From IMG/VR virus record IMGVR_UViG_3300045988_060255: 64,000 nucleotides of DNA. One strand, written 5' to 3'. Every line of letters starts with the position of its first letter. Position 1 is the stretch's first letter. Positions 33,592 to 43,675 of the stretch are shown piece after piece. Source of the stretch: a virus. A program made the translations under genes and the position numbers. The notes under the pieces were generated by a model that saw nothing but the letters and a program-made list of their open reading frames with translations, had not been told where the DNA came from and searched no databases.

Positions 33592-34629
33592 TTATTCCCC
33601 CGCTTTGGTACCGATTACGATACCGCCATTAGCTTTTGCTGCTACTGGAACAAACATACCTGATGCTTTAGTCCAAACTGCAACTGGGTCTTGTGTAGCC
33701 CACATGGACAGTGTTACAAAGGAACGATTTTCTTCCTGAATAAACTGTCTGTATTCAAGTTCCTCTGGTGTTACGCCCCAGAGTCCAGTACCAAATGAAC
33801 CGTTCGGCTCTGCTTCATACAAAGTGAATACATTCTCTTTGAAGTATCTTCCTGTTTTGAGTGAACCATCTGCTTTTCTGAATCTGAATTTCTCGTCACA
33901 ACGATCAATTGTGATTCCGTATTCCTGCATAAGCAGATTTGCAAGTTCCTGTTTTGTTAAGAGACGTTTGTTTGCTGCTCCTAAGACTGCTGTCTGCATT
34001 GCAGTGTTATTTCTCATGTAATTAATCATTTTAAGGGATGTCAGGGCTTTGTTTACCACAAAACCATTATCCTCTGCAACAGCAACCATCTTCTGGATAT
34101 CACCCATGATATCTGCATCCGGTTTAGACCAATCTGACATTTCTACCTTTGCGCTGGACGGAACGCCATAATCAATGCTCATATCCACGTTGTTCTCTTT
34201 GACTTTTACGGCACCTGTAGAAAGGAATTGTCCTTTCATGACATTTGCTCTGGCAACAACGCCTTCAAACAGGTTAGCTGCATCATCAAATACAAATCTC
34301 TTTAAGTTCTCGTCATCCGGCACACCGTTTTCAATTGCCTGCTGTAATCTCTCAGACTGATTGATTTTTCTCTTAATAAAGAGCTTTTCAGTCAGAACTT
34401 TTTCGAAGCCCGGTCTTGTCCCGATTTCTGCTTCAGTATCAAGCGCATGAACAAATGCTACCTCTGGAAGTCTCTGTCCAGCCATAAGTCTGTAGTATTC
34501 AGCTTTCAGGAACTGGGTTTTGACATCCGGGAAGATGGTGTCAAGAATGCCCGGTCTTTTTACGCTGAAATCTTGAGAAAAGTTAAGTCTTTCTTCCTGT
34601 GTGATTGATTCTAAAATATTAAATGGCAT
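33592..34629 (-). CDS. major capsid protein (lambda gpE-like family)
   Basis: 345 aa, position after scaffold and decoration genes. N-terminus MPFNILESITQEE... Confidence 0.85.
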   Translation of the reverse strand: MPFNILESITQEERLNFSQDFSVKRPGILDTIFPDVKTQFLKAEYYRLMAGQRLPEVAFVHALDTEAEIGTRPGFEKVLTEKLFIKRKINQSERLQQAIENGVPDDENLKRFVFDDAANLFEGVVARANVMKGQFLSTGAVKVKENNVDMSIDYGVPSSAKVEMSDWSKPDADIMGDIQKMVAVAEDNGFVVNKALTSLKMINYMRNNTAMQTAVLGAANKRLLTKQELANLLMQEYGITIDRCDEKFRFRKADGSLKTGRYFKENVFTLYEAEPNGSFGTGLWGVTPEELEYRQFIQEENRSFVTLSMWATQDPVAVWTKASGMFVPVAAKANGGIVIGTKAGE

Positions 34630-34641
34630 CTGCTTACCTCC

Positions 34642-34986
34642 TTAAAATTCTGGGTCTGTAGTGGTTACAAAAACGATACCTGCTTTTTCAAGCTCTGTTT
34701 TCGCAGTGGTTTCTACTGTTACCGGAAGTCTTTTTTCAAGAACACGTCCTGCAACAATTACGGAAATCGGTCGTTTTGTATCGTCTGTCATATCGACGTC
34801 TTCAAACACAATGCCTTTAGCACCAGTTGCGTTTGTCGGATATACAGAACCTGCCTTGATAATCTTCTTAGTTCCAACGGTTTCAGCATTTGTCTGTTCT
34901 GCTGTATAGGTTTTAAGTACCAGTCCTACCTCGGATTCGAGGATATTAGGTGTGGATTCGTACTGCTCTGTTTTCATAAAAGCCAT
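34642..34986 (-). CDS. head decoration-like protein (114 aa)
   Basis: Small ORF between the scaffold and the major capsid gene. Confidence 0.5.
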   Translation of the reverse strand: MAFMKTEQYESTPNILESEVGLVLKTYTAEQTNAETVGTKKIIKAGSVYPTNATGAKGIVFEDVDMTDDTKRPISVIVAGRVLEKRLPVTVETTAKTELEKAGIVFVTTTDPEF

Positions 34987-35004
34987 AATCTAAATCTCCT
35001 TTTC

Positions 35005-35631
35005 TTAAATATTTACTGGGGCATTATCATCTGCCGGTTTATTTTCTGGACACATTTTTGCTGAGTACGCTTTTGCATATTCAGATGCTTCGCTTTTCTT
35101 TTCTGGTTCTCCACCAGATTTACCGCCACCCGGATTAGGTGTCTTTTCAAGGGCTTCTTTTTCCCATGCGGCTTTTGCGGTATCAAGCGTTGATTTATTT
35201 ACTTCGGAAATTCCATCAACAAAAGTCTGGGCTTCTTTGAGTGCATCTTCAGCATCCATATTTGAAAATGCTTTGATTGCTCCTGCGTAGGCATCTCCTT
35301 TCATTCCTGCACTCGCAAAAATAGAAGTGATTTTACCTGTCAGAGCGTCTTTCTGAGCTGCTTTAAGTGCAGATTCGAGATCAGAAATTCTTTTTTCATT
35401 TGTTGCTTTCTCTTTCTGATGCTCCAATTCTGTTCTTTCAGCTTCACTCATGTTCTGCTTTTTCAGTTCTTCCAGTTCTGTTTCCAACGCTTTTGCTTTT
35501 TCTGCATCTTCTTTTAATTTCTGATTTTTGGCTTTTTCCTTAGCCACATCAGAATTTGACTGATTCAGGAAAGAGGTAATCTGCTCATCGGTTGCATCTG
35601 GAAAGATCTTCTTTACATCTTCTCTTGTCAT
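35005..35631 (-). CDS. scaffolding protein
   Basis: Helical, charged, Ala/Lys/Glu-rich. Lies upstream of the capsid gene. Confidence 0.7.
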   Translation of the reverse strand: MTREDVKKIFPDATDEQITSFLNQSNSDVAKEKAKNQKLKEDAEKAKALETELEELKKQNMSEAERTELEHQKEKATNEKRISDLESALKAAQKDALTGKITSIFASAGMKGDAYAGAIKAFSNMDAEDALKEAQTFVDGISEVNKSTLDTAKAAWEKEALEKTPNPGGGKSGGEPEKKSEASEYAKAYSAKMCPENKPADDNAPVNI

Positions 35632-35757
35632 TGAAATCTCCTTTCACCAATACGCTTTTTTTACGCTGTTCGCTCAGCTCAAGGTGTCTCCCATGATTAC
35701 GCTATCGGGATGCATATTTTTTTTAATAAAAAAGAGACGATTTTACTCGTCTCTAAA

Positions 35758-36411
35758 TCAACTGTATTGAATTGAACACCGGCAGTTCACAACCTCATCT
35801 GCCGAAGCTCCTAGCGAGGTGTCTTTTGGAAATTGTAGTAAGCTATCTCCAACCGAAAACGGCTCATCAATCGGGAGTATGGTTCCTCCGACTTCAAGGT
35901 GTGTCTTTCGTTCCCTTTTGTCTCCTACGTCAATCCATTTCTTCTTTGTCTTTCCTGCTTTCACAGCTTTTGAATACTGTCTGTAATTCAGTATCGAATT
36001 AGCTTCGCATTCTGAAATAAACATTGTCCGGTCATTTGACAGGTAATAATCATCAGTAATGCTTTTGTCTTCGGCAGAAAATCTTTCAAATGTTGCATCA
36101 ATAATTTGTTTTGTCACGTCAAGAGCATATTGCTTGATATATGTGTCTATAAGCATATACGAAGCAATTACATCCAGATATTTGTCGTAAAATTGAGTCT
36201 GAATGTATTCTTGATCTGATTCTCCACTTTCTATGGTTGTTTCTATCAACGCTAAAATATAAAGGACAACTTCTTCCATTTGTTCAGAAAAAGCTATCCT
36301 TTGTTGCTTTTCTTTGTCTGATATTGACATTTTGCTGAAATATTCTTTATACGGTTCACTTCTGCGATTGTTGGGCCTGATATTTAATTCATCGTATGAT
36401 GAAATACTCAT
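35758..36411 (-). CDS. minor head protein (Mu F / SPP1 gp7-like)
   Basis: C-terminal ...DKRERKTHLEVGGTILPIDEPF...VVNCRCSIQY. Confidence 0.75.
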   Translation of the reverse strand: MSISSYDELNIRPNNRRSEPYKEYFSKMSISDKEKQQRIAFSEQMEEVVLYILALIETTIESGESDQEYIQTQFYDKYLDVIASYMLIDTYIKQYALDVTKQIIDATFERFSAEDKSITDDYYLSNDRTMFISECEANSILNYRQYSKAVKAGKTKKKWIDVGDKRERKTHLEVGGTILPIDEPFSVGDSLLQFPKDTSLGASADEVVNCRCSIQYS

Positions 36412-37862
36412 TCTGAAATCACATCCTTATTGAAGCCATTCAGCAAATCTTGCGCTTTCTGCAACTCTGAGTCTGGGTCTGCCAATTCCGGATAAATGGT
36501 TCCGAGATATGGCAAACTCATTTCATATACTTTTTGTGGATCACTAAATAATCCGCAAGTAATCAGCGCAATAAGCGGATGAATTTTATTTTTGAACAGA
36601 TAATCAAGTGCCTGCGCTTTGACAAGCATGTTATCTGTCGGGTTTCTGGTGATTTTTACATCAAAATCTCTAGTTGAAATATTTACGTCCATTGAAGTTT
36701 TTCGGATAATATTCAAAATAATTCTGGCGGATGCTTTTTCCGCTTCTTTCGTAAATGGTTCTACCAATTTTGCGTCTCGTTCTGCAAAATCCCAACCATT
36801 CCTCAGATACACTGCATTTCCTGTGTCTCCACCGGTATTGCCCTGTCGATTCGGCATTGCTTCTACAATCAGTATATTGTTGTAAATATCATCTTTAGCA
36901 ACCTGACTTTCTGACTGATTTAGTTCAGCAGTCATTAAATCAACATCTGATTGTGTTCCATTCCCGACGTCTTTTACAGATACAGCACCGAGTTTTATCA
37001 TTTTTACAAATTCTGCTTCATCAATCTCACAGTTTTTGAATTTCATTAGGGCTTGCACGAACTGTTCAACCCCATTCAGTCTGTCAGATTGATATTTGTT
37101 GATTGCATCATACATTGTGATCGCAATTTCAATGTCAGAAAGTCTGTCGTGATTATTTGGATATTCAATGATAGGAATACCGCCAAAACCATTGATTCCA
37201 GATTCTGTTACCGCTCCATTTTGTATTTTGAAATACTGTCTGGAAGAATAACACTGGTAATACTGCTGATTGTCCTCGTCTTTTAAAATCTGGACGGAAA
37301 GCACTGGTTTGCCAGTAACGCTTGAATAAACAATATATACATCCTGCGGTGATGGGATAAATATTCTGAAAGGCGGTAAGTCTCCATCCTTTGTCCATTC
37401 ATCCTCTCTTAGAATTGCTTTATATGCAGTTCCTACTGCGCTCTGGTATATTCCAAGCTGAATGTTTCTGGCGTCTGAATTGGCTTCGTCCAGATAATCA
37501 TTGAGCCTATCAACTTGTTCGTTTGTTTCTTCACTCGCTTTTTTCTTCTTGCAGACATACTGAATAGGTTCTCCGTATATCTGTCCTGCCTTGAATTTGA
37601 CTGTTTCAAGGGCATGATTCTCAACAACTTTATTGTTGACCTCTGGGCGAACAAGTTTTTCACGATATAAAATTGGCTGATCGCCTTTGTAATATCTGTA
37701 AAGATAATCCATCAGGGTTCTATTCCTGTTATGGATTCCGATTGTATCAGAAAGGACCTGTGCCACGTTCTGGGGAGTAATCTGGTCTACGCCAGTATAG
37801 GCAGTTTTTCTGCCAAACTCGCCTTGGCATAGGTCAACAAAATTTATTTTGTTTCTCCCCAC
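36408..37862 (-). CDS. portal protein (SPP1 gp6-like)
   Basis: GTG 37862 with AGGAGGA RBS. Size and position downstream of the large terminase. Confidence 0.85.
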   Translation of the reverse strand: MGRNKINFVDLCQGEFGRKTAYTGVDQITPQNVAQVLSDTIGIHNRNRTLMDYLYRYYKGDQPILYREKLVRPEVNNKVVENHALETVKFKAGQIYGEPIQYVCKKKKASEETNEQVDRLNDYLDEANSDARNIQLGIYQSAVGTAYKAILREDEWTKDGDLPPFRIFIPSPQDVYIVYSSVTGKPVLSVQILKDEDNQQYYQCYSSRQYFKIQNGAVTESGINGFGGIPIIEYPNNHDRLSDIEIAITMYDAINKYQSDRLNGVEQFVQALMKFKNCEIDEAEFVKMIKLGAVSVKDVGNGTQSDVDLMTAELNQSESQVAKDDIYNNILIVEAMPNRQGNTGGDTGNAVYLRNGWDFAERDAKLVEPFTKEAEKASARIILNIIRKTSMDVNISTRDFDVKITRNPTDNMLVKAQALDYLFKNKIHPLIALITCGLFSDPQKVYEMSLPYLGTIYPELADPDSELQKAQDLLNGFNKDVISE

Positions 37863-37882
37863 TGCCTGTCCTCCTATTTTTC

Positions 37883-37984
37883 TGCATGAAAAAAGCACCA
37901 AGGGTTCTTCCCGGTGCTTATTTTACAGCTTATATTATATAATATATGCAGGTATTATTCAGTATTATCAGGTATTAACTTTCA
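37883..37984 (-). repeat. late-leader element copy B
   Basis: Shares 35-bp and 17-bp identical blocks with 23776-23874. Contains the terminator AAGCACC-N13-GGTGCTT followed by TTTTC. Confidence 0.9.
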
Positions 37985-38400
37985 AAATTCTTAATGTTTT
38001 TGACGATATTCAGTGCTTTCGAATGCAATAATTTCACATGAGAATAGGAATATCCCATTTCACAGGCAATCATTTCAAGCCTTTCATCTTTTACATATCG
38101 CCTAAACAGCAGATCATACAAATCTGAATTGATATCGCTCACCTTGTCTATTGTTTCAATAATGTCTTGCTTTTTCTTTGTGTATTCAATAACCATTTTT
38201 TTGATTTCTGTTTGAATGTCAACAAGTTCGCTTACGGCATCGGTCATTTGATTGGGATTCGGAGTAGACTGAACTTTTTCACCATATGAGAACGATTTAA
38301 GCCCAAGAGCAAGACTTCTTAAATGTTCTTCTTCGTATTTTTTATTTTTAATAAGCTTGTCATATTTCTGAATTTGCCCTAAATATTCTCTTGTGGTCAT
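37975..38400 (-). CDS. sigma-70 region-4-like phage transcriptional regulator (141 aa)
   Basis: ...YDLLFRRYVKDERLEMIACEMGYSYSHVKLLHSKALNIVKNI. Confidence 0.6.
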   Translation of the reverse strand: MTTREYLGQIQKYDKLIKNKKYEEEHLRSLALGLKSFSYGEKVQSTPNPNQMTDAVSELVDIQTEIKKMVIEYTKKKQDIIETIDKVSDINSDLYDLLFRRYVKDERLEMIACEMGYSYSHVKLLHSKALNIVKNIKNFES

Positions 38401-38401
38401 A

Positions 38402-40138
38402 TTATCTCCTTCCCCAAAATGGATTGCGCATTGCAGTTGCTTTTCCGCCTAATGGATTCTGCACGTACTCTGCCATCATTGCTAAACTGTCCGGGCCGTC
38501 ATCATGAGCTACTTTTGCCCTTGTGGTATATGTGGTTACATTCGCCATAAATAATCCATAGTCGGATTTTGGTTTATACTGGCTCGGATGTAAAAAATAA
38601 AAATGTTTTGATATGTAATCAGAATTCACAAGAATTTTTGTTTCTTTATTTGCTTGCGTAGGTCTTGTTTCGATATCCGCTCGGCATTTCCCTGAGATTA
38701 TCTTTTGAATGTTGTGTGCAACACGATTTCCTACGTTATTTGACTCGAATCTGATTTTATGCGGATTGTGTTTTATCAAGATATCAGCAGTCTTTCTGTC
38801 CAGGATGTCGTAATCTGTGGTATCATCGAAAACAACGTCCGGGATGAAAAATTTATCCCCATATTGATATGCAATAGGTAATGATTCAAAATCTGTACCT
38901 TTATCTTTTGTATCACATACTGCCCATATCGCATCTGCTTCTCTGTCTGGTATAATTGTGTATTCGTCCGTGCATCCATCGGGAACGTCTTCTTTGCCAA
39001 AGAAAAATCTTTTTAGCTTATCTGGCGGAAGCAATAATCCTTCACGTTCTACCGGTTGTTGCTGATAAAGACAGTTATAAGAGATTTCGTCCATGGACTC
39101 TTTAGCATCGTTGAAATACTTCTCAGAGAATCCATTTACTGTGAATAAAAAATTGCTTTTGCCATTCTCGTCAAGTGCCGGTACTGCTATAAACCTTGCT
39201 CTAGGGTTCCCAGCGTATAACTGCTGTAGCTTTCCAATAGGGTCATGTACTGACCATCTTGTAGCTATATAAAACTCTTTGCAACCCTCTAGCCTACGAG
39301 AACGCAAGTCATTTACTACTTTTGTCCATAAGGTGTCCAGTCGATTCTTGTTCAGTGCTTCTTCGATACCAGACACAAGGTCATCGGCGGTAAGAAATCT
39401 GTTACAACGGGTAGCTCCTGTCAATGAACCATCAATGGATCTGAACGTCCAAGTCTTAAATCGTCCGTTTCTTTCGAGATTGACCGTAGTTTCCTTTGCA
39501 TTTGTTCCCTGTATTTCTACATTCGGAAAAATCTCATGCCATGTGTACTCAACCGAATCATTGATGATTTCCAGAACTCCATCATAAAGTGAACGTGTCA
39601 GAATACTACTGTGCGCTGATGACAGGTTGAAATCATTCGGAAACCACCCGCCTACCAGAGACAGAAAGAAATCTTCAAGAGTAGATTTTCCGCAACCGGG
39701 TGGTACGCTCAGCGCAAATATATCAAGTTTATCATCCATCAAGTCTTGTAAAGAGCCGATGATATTGTGCTTCAAGAACACATTTCTTCTTGGCTGATAG
39801 AAGCGTTCTTTTAATATTCTGTTCTTTTCCAGATACAGTAGACCACTGTCAACCTGATAGTTTCGGGCTTCGAACAGAAGATATTTGTAGTAGAGGTCTT
39901 CAAATTCTTTTGAACCTGTTTGAAGCAACTGATTAAGCGCAGCTTCTTTTCCAATATTGCTTAATCCTATGCCTTTTTCACGATAATTCGGGTATTCTTT
40001 AAAAGAATGTTTTTCATCCATTAAGTAGACAAGGGAATATAACTTATTCCACTTTGTTTCCGGGCTTAGATTACTGTTGATGATGTTATTTCCGATCATC
40101 ACATACCATTCCGGCGATTCTTCAATAATTTTTTGCAT
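38402..40138 (-). CDS. terL: terminase large subunit
   Basis: 578 aa. Walker A-like SVPPGCGKST. C-terminal nuclease region. Precedes the portal gene. Confidence 0.9.
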   Translation of the reverse strand: MQKIIEESPEWYVMIGNNIINSNLSPETKWNKLYSLVYLMDEKHSFKEYPNYREKGIGLSNIGKEAALNQLLQTGSKEFEDLYYKYLLFEARNYQVDSGLLYLEKNRILKERFYQPRRNVFLKHNIIGSLQDLMDDKLDIFALSVPPGCGKSTLEDFFLSLVGGWFPNDFNLSSAHSSILTRSLYDGVLEIINDSVEYTWHEIFPNVEIQGTNAKETTVNLERNGRFKTWTFRSIDGSLTGATRCNRFLTADDLVSGIEEALNKNRLDTLWTKVVNDLRSRRLEGCKEFYIATRWSVHDPIGKLQQLYAGNPRARFIAVPALDENGKSNFLFTVNGFSEKYFNDAKESMDEISYNCLYQQQPVEREGLLLPPDKLKRFFFGKEDVPDGCTDEYTIIPDREADAIWAVCDTKDKGTDFESLPIAYQYGDKFFIPDVVFDDTTDYDILDRKTADILIKHNPHKIRFESNNVGNRVAHNIQKIISGKCRADIETRPTQANKETKILVNSDYISKHFYFLHPSQYKPKSDYGLFMANVTTYTTRAKVAHDDGPDSLAMMAEYVQNPLGGKATAMRNPFWGRR

Positions 40139-40185
40139 AAAAATAGAGCCAGACCTCCTTTCTTCTTAAGATTTAGTCTGGCTCT
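40139..40185 (-). terminator. hairpin + T-run immediately upstream of terL
   Basis: Minus strand AGAGCCAGA-N23-TCTGGCTCT, then ATTTTT, then ATG. Confidence 0.55.
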
Positions 40186-40203
40186 CATGTGGCTCTTTGA
40201 CTG

Positions 40204-41406
40204 TTATTCACTTGCTTTGAAGTTATATATAGGTTTGATAATATCAACTATTTCTACGGTATCTTTGATGTTATCAATAATTTCTTGCGGTGGTTTGTAA
40301 GCCATAGGGCTTTCATCAATCGTAGATTTCTGAACGGATGTTGTATATATCCCATTCATAGACTTTTTAAATTCTTCTAACGATATGTTTTCTTTTGCTT
40401 TTGATCGGCTCATGATACGTCCTGCACCATGCGGGGCTGAACAATTCCAGTCCTCGTTTCCTTTCCCGAATGCGATAATGCATCCGTCTCGCATATTCAT
40501 TGGGATAAGAACTTTCTCACCATATTTAGCTGATATTGCACCTTTGCGAACAATGTTTGTATCGTGGTCAATATAATTATGAATTGTATCAAACCATGTA
40601 TTTCTTTGGAATGTCCACTTCATAGTGTAAAATATAGCACTCTGTATACATCGTCTGTTTATTCTTGCAAATTCTTGACAAATTTTCATATCATGCAGAT
40701 ATTGTTTTCTGTGTTCTCCTGTTAAGTAACACAATTCTTTCGGAATACCCAGTTTGTCTGGCTTCCATTTTCGTTTTAATTCGTCAATACCATTTTGGAT
40801 TTCCTTGTGTCTGCCAGAACGCTTGTATTCTTTCACCAATTTTTGTATTTCAGTTTCGAGCTTGTCTGTACCCTGCATGTCTTCTATGGCAATTTTTTGA
40901 TATATTTCAGCTACTTGTTTTCCAAGATTGCGACTTCCAGTGTGAATTACAAGATAATTTATCCCTTTTGAATCAGTGTCAACTTCAATAAAATGATTTC
41001 CGCCCCCAAGCGTACCAAGGCTCCTGCGAATCCATTCGATATTTTTAAGCTGATGGAAGCAGTGAAGTTCTTCTAATTCTTCAAAATTTATGATTTCGTC
41101 ACGTACATTTCTTCCTGCCGGAACATTGTTTCTTATTGCTTTGTCAAGGTTTTTTAAATCTATTGTCCCCACATCGGTAGGAATTTGTGTTGTAAGCATT
41201 CCACATCCAATGTCCACGCCAACAATGTTCGGAATTACTTTATCTCCGAGATCGGCAGTAAAGCCAATTACACATCCTGCTCCTGCGTGAACATCTGGCA
41301 TGATTCGTACTTTACATTCAGAAAATGCAGGCTGTTTTATCAATGTATAAATCTGATTTAACGCTTCTGGTTCGATGTTTCCTGTAAATATCTTCAAGTC
41401 ACTCAT
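40204..41406 (-). CDS. rtcB: RtcB RNA 3'-phosphate ligase
   Basis: MPDVHAGAGCVIG...GVDIGCGM...GGGNHFIE...HTGSRNLG...APHGAGR motifs. Confidence 0.9.
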   Translation of the reverse strand: MSDLKIFTGNIEPEALNQIYTLIKQPAFSECKVRIMPDVHAGAGCVIGFTADLGDKVIPNIVGVDIGCGMLTTQIPTDVGTIDLKNLDKAIRNNVPAGRNVRDEIINFEELEELHCFHQLKNIEWIRRSLGTLGGGNHFIEVDTDSKGINYLVIHTGSRNLGKQVAEIYQKIAIEDMQGTDKLETEIQKLVKEYKRSGRHKEIQNGIDELKRKWKPDKLGIPKELCYLTGEHRKQYLHDMKICQEFARINRRCIQSAIFYTMKWTFQRNTWFDTIHNYIDHDTNIVRKGAISAKYGEKVLIPMNMRDGCIIAFGKGNEDWNCSAPHGAGRIMSRSKAKENISLEEFKKSMNGIYTTSVQKSTIDESPMAYKPPQEIIDNIKDTVEIVDIIKPIYNFKASE

Positions 41407-41440
41407 AATGGCACTCCTTTCTGGCTCTCTGATTAATTAT

Positions 41441-41710
41441 TTATTCTTTCCTTTCAACAACAGTTACGCTACCCTCAAATACTCCGAAATTAGAAGATTC
41501 CTGGAACGTGTGAGTCTCGGCAATATCATCATCAGTCATAGGGCGTGTGAGATACCATAGTGAATCATCTTTCCATGTAATTTCCTCTAACTTTTGGTTT
41601 GGTTCCAACTCTAATGTTGTGTTTCCGCCGCAATTTCTTGTGGCAGACTGGCATCCGGCCATTCCAAGTGTCAGCGCTAAAACTGTTATTACAACGGTTA
41701 TCTTTTTCAT
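41441..41710 (-). CDS. lipoprotein (89 aa)
   Basis: Lipobox LTLGMAGC after MKKITVVITVLA. Confidence 0.7.
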   Translation of the reverse strand: MKKITVVITVLALTLGMAGCQSATRNCGGNTTLELEPNQKLEEITWKDDSLWYLTRPMTDDDIAETHTFQESSNFGVFEGSVTVVERKE

Positions 41711-41712
41711 AA

Positions 41713-42207
41713 TCATTCTCCATTCAGCACGTTTGCAATAATTTCTTCAATTGCGATAAAATCAGAACACGACATATTGGATTTCTTAGAACGAAAATAT
41801 ATATCAATTTCTTTCAGTAACAATTTATGTATCCTGTTTTTCTGGTCATCTGTAAGATAATCTTTTTCAATTGGTTTCTGATTGTATATATCAGACCATT
41901 CTGATGCAGTTTGTTTTATTGTGGTTCCTCGGAATGCATTATTAATTATTAACAGCCATTCTAAATAAAGCAGTTTTTCTTTGCATACTAGTGTTATTTT
42001 GAGCGGTATGCCTTCTTCTACGTTTATGAGATCAAACGGAATTATTTTTGAACCAATTTTAATAAGGCATGTATCGTAATTACATATTCTTTGAGATTGG
42101 AGCTTGATATATGTAACTTCTTTTTCTAATGGATCAATTTCAATCCGTGCTTTTACTTCTTCGCCTGTTTCTATAATTTGTATAGGTACATATTCTATTG
42201 AAATCAT
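41713..42207 (-). CDS. hypothetical protein (164 aa)
   Basis: Track ORF. Confidence 0.6.
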   Translation of the reverse strand: MISIEYVPIQIIETGEEVKARIEIDPLEKEVTYIKLQSQRICNYDTCLIKIGSKIIPFDLINVEEGIPLKITLVCKEKLLYLEWLLIINNAFRGTTIKQTASEWSDIYNQKPIEKDYLTDDQKNRIHKLLLKEIDIYFRSKKSNMSCSDFIAIEEIIANVLNGE

Positions 42208-42216
42208 GCATTCACC

Positions 42217-42393
42217 TCAATCTGTAATCCCTAACTGTTTATAAGCAAATATAGCTGTATACTTCTTCCCACATTTGTAGCAAGTTTCCGTAATAGTGCA
42301 AGTCTTTTCTTTGTCATTACATTTCGATTTTGTGTCCGAACTTTTGAACTTGCAACCACCTGTTAAAAAACATTTAATCCGTTTTCTGTTCAT
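42217..42393 (-). CDS. Cys-rich small protein (58 aa)
   Basis: ATGA overlap with the upstream stop. MNRKRIKCFLTGGCKF...CTITETCYKCGKKY. Below the track cutoff. Confidence 0.5.
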   Translation of the reverse strand: MNRKRIKCFLTGGCKFKSSDTKSKCNDKEKTCTITETCYKCGKKYTAIFAYKQLGITD

Positions 42394-42623
42394 ACATTGA
42401 CCATAAACTCTTTCTTGCAGTTGCTTCCCTTACATTTATACGGCATCCGGTAAATCTTTGTGGTCGGGAAAATCTTTAAGGCTTTCTTTCCACAAAACGG
42501 GCAAATCACCCACTTTGTACCATTTTCCATTTTAATTTGTGCTGAGCCGTCCCATGGTTCTGGTATATTCATATATTCAGAGAAGTCTACTCCTTCTGAT
42601 TCAAGTGCTGTTTTAATGCTCAT
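42390..42623 (-). CDS. Zn-ribbon protein (Cys-rich KTR-like, 77 aa)
   Basis: ICPFCGKK...YKCKGSNCKKEF. Confidence 0.6.
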   Translation of the reverse strand: MSIKTALESEGVDFSEYMNIPEPWDGSAQIKMENGTKWVICPFCGKKALKIFPTTKIYRMPYKCKGSNCKKEFMVNV

Positions 42624-42862
42624 TTACCGTTGTCCTTTCTGATCAATGTCAAAATCGTCAAATAATTGTCCCCGATGTAATCTGCTTTCCATGTTTTTGA
42701 AAGATTTACAGTTTTGTTGTATATGGCGGTCGTATTCCCTGCCAGAAGCAAGCGTCTGTCTGGATAGAACCTAGTCGGGATGTTCATTCGGTGACATTCT
42801 CCCTCGATATTGTATGTGGTGTCAAGAAAATCAATGTCCGAGCCTGAATAAATAATTCTCAT
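42620..42862 (-). CDS. hypothetical protein (80 aa)
   Basis: Track ORF, coupled overlaps. Confidence 0.6.
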   Translation of the reverse strand: MRIIYSGSDIDFLDTTYNIEGECHRMNIPTRFYPDRRLLLAGNTTAIYNKTVNLSKTWKADYIGDNYLTILTLIRKDNGK

Positions 42863-43203
42863 CAGCTCAGTCCATGAATCTTTCTCAGATTCGCATATCG
42901 GTCAACAAGTACGTCCAACGTAGTCTGAAGCTGATTAATCGTGATGCAATCGTCCTGGTGCTGCCTGTGATATTTTGCGATTTCTACAGATTCGTCGTAA
43001 AATGGTGTATCTGCCTTTTCGTCCACCTGTCTTTTTAACTCATTGTTATAAGCGCACATTTTATCCAGTTCAGCCTGAAGCTCGTTGATTTTATTATCCT
43101 TGTCTAAAATCTCATGTTGCTTTGCTTCTCTCTCATCAGCCAACCGAACAAGTTCTTCTTTCAACTGATCTACTGTCCAACTCTTCAAATCTTCAATTCT
43201 CAT
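42862..43203 (-). CDS. coiled-coil protein (113 aa)
   Basis: Track ORF. Confidence 0.6.
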   Translation of the reverse strand: MRIEDLKSWTVDQLKEELVRLADEREAKQHEILDKDNKINELQAELDKMCAYNNELKRQVDEKADTPFYDESVEIAKYHRQHQDDCITINQLQTTLDVLVDRYANLRKIHGLS

Positions 43204-43214
43204 GGCATCCTCCC

Positions 43215-43454
43215 TTAAAGCTTAGTAAATATTTCCATGTCATAGTTATTTCGAATATAATCCACGCATTCAGACAACTTTTCTTTTAAGAACGGGTCGT
43301 TTGCAATGTCTGGATGTATTGAATATAGTGTGCAACTATCTTTTTTACCGTCTTTCTGAAATTTCTTCCAGTCAAATGTCATTACGAACAACGGAATTGC
43401 TTTGAGATTTTTGGTCTTGTATCTTATGTAGAGATTGAATATCTTTTTGAACAC
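43215..43454 (-). CDS. hypothetical protein (79 aa)
   Basis: Track ORF. Confidence 0.6.
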   Translation of the reverse strand: MFKKIFNLYIRYKTKNLKAIPLFVMTFDWKKFQKDGKKDSCTLYSIHPDIANDPFLKEKLSECVDYIRNNYDMEIFTKL

Positions 43455-43465
43455 GAATACTCCCC

Positions 43466-43675
43466 CTATCTGGTCGAACTTAAAATAATTTTATTCTTGC
43501 ACTGTGGACAAACAATGTATTTTTGCTTGTACCCGAATCCAGATGGCATATTTGTAGCAAAATGCTTCTCTATATTTTCTTCTTTAACATCTTCTTTTTC
43601 ATCGTACTGCAACAATGCTCCGCATTTTACACATTTTATTCTTTTTAATGTTCCAGGAACTAAAATTTTAATCAT
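43466..43675 (-). CDS. Zn-ribbon protein (69 aa)
   Basis: CVKCGA...CPQCKN. Confidence 0.6.
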   Translation of the reverse strand: MIKILVPGTLKRIKCVKCGALLQYDEKEDVKEENIEKHFATNMPSGFGYKQKYIVCPQCKNKIILSSTR

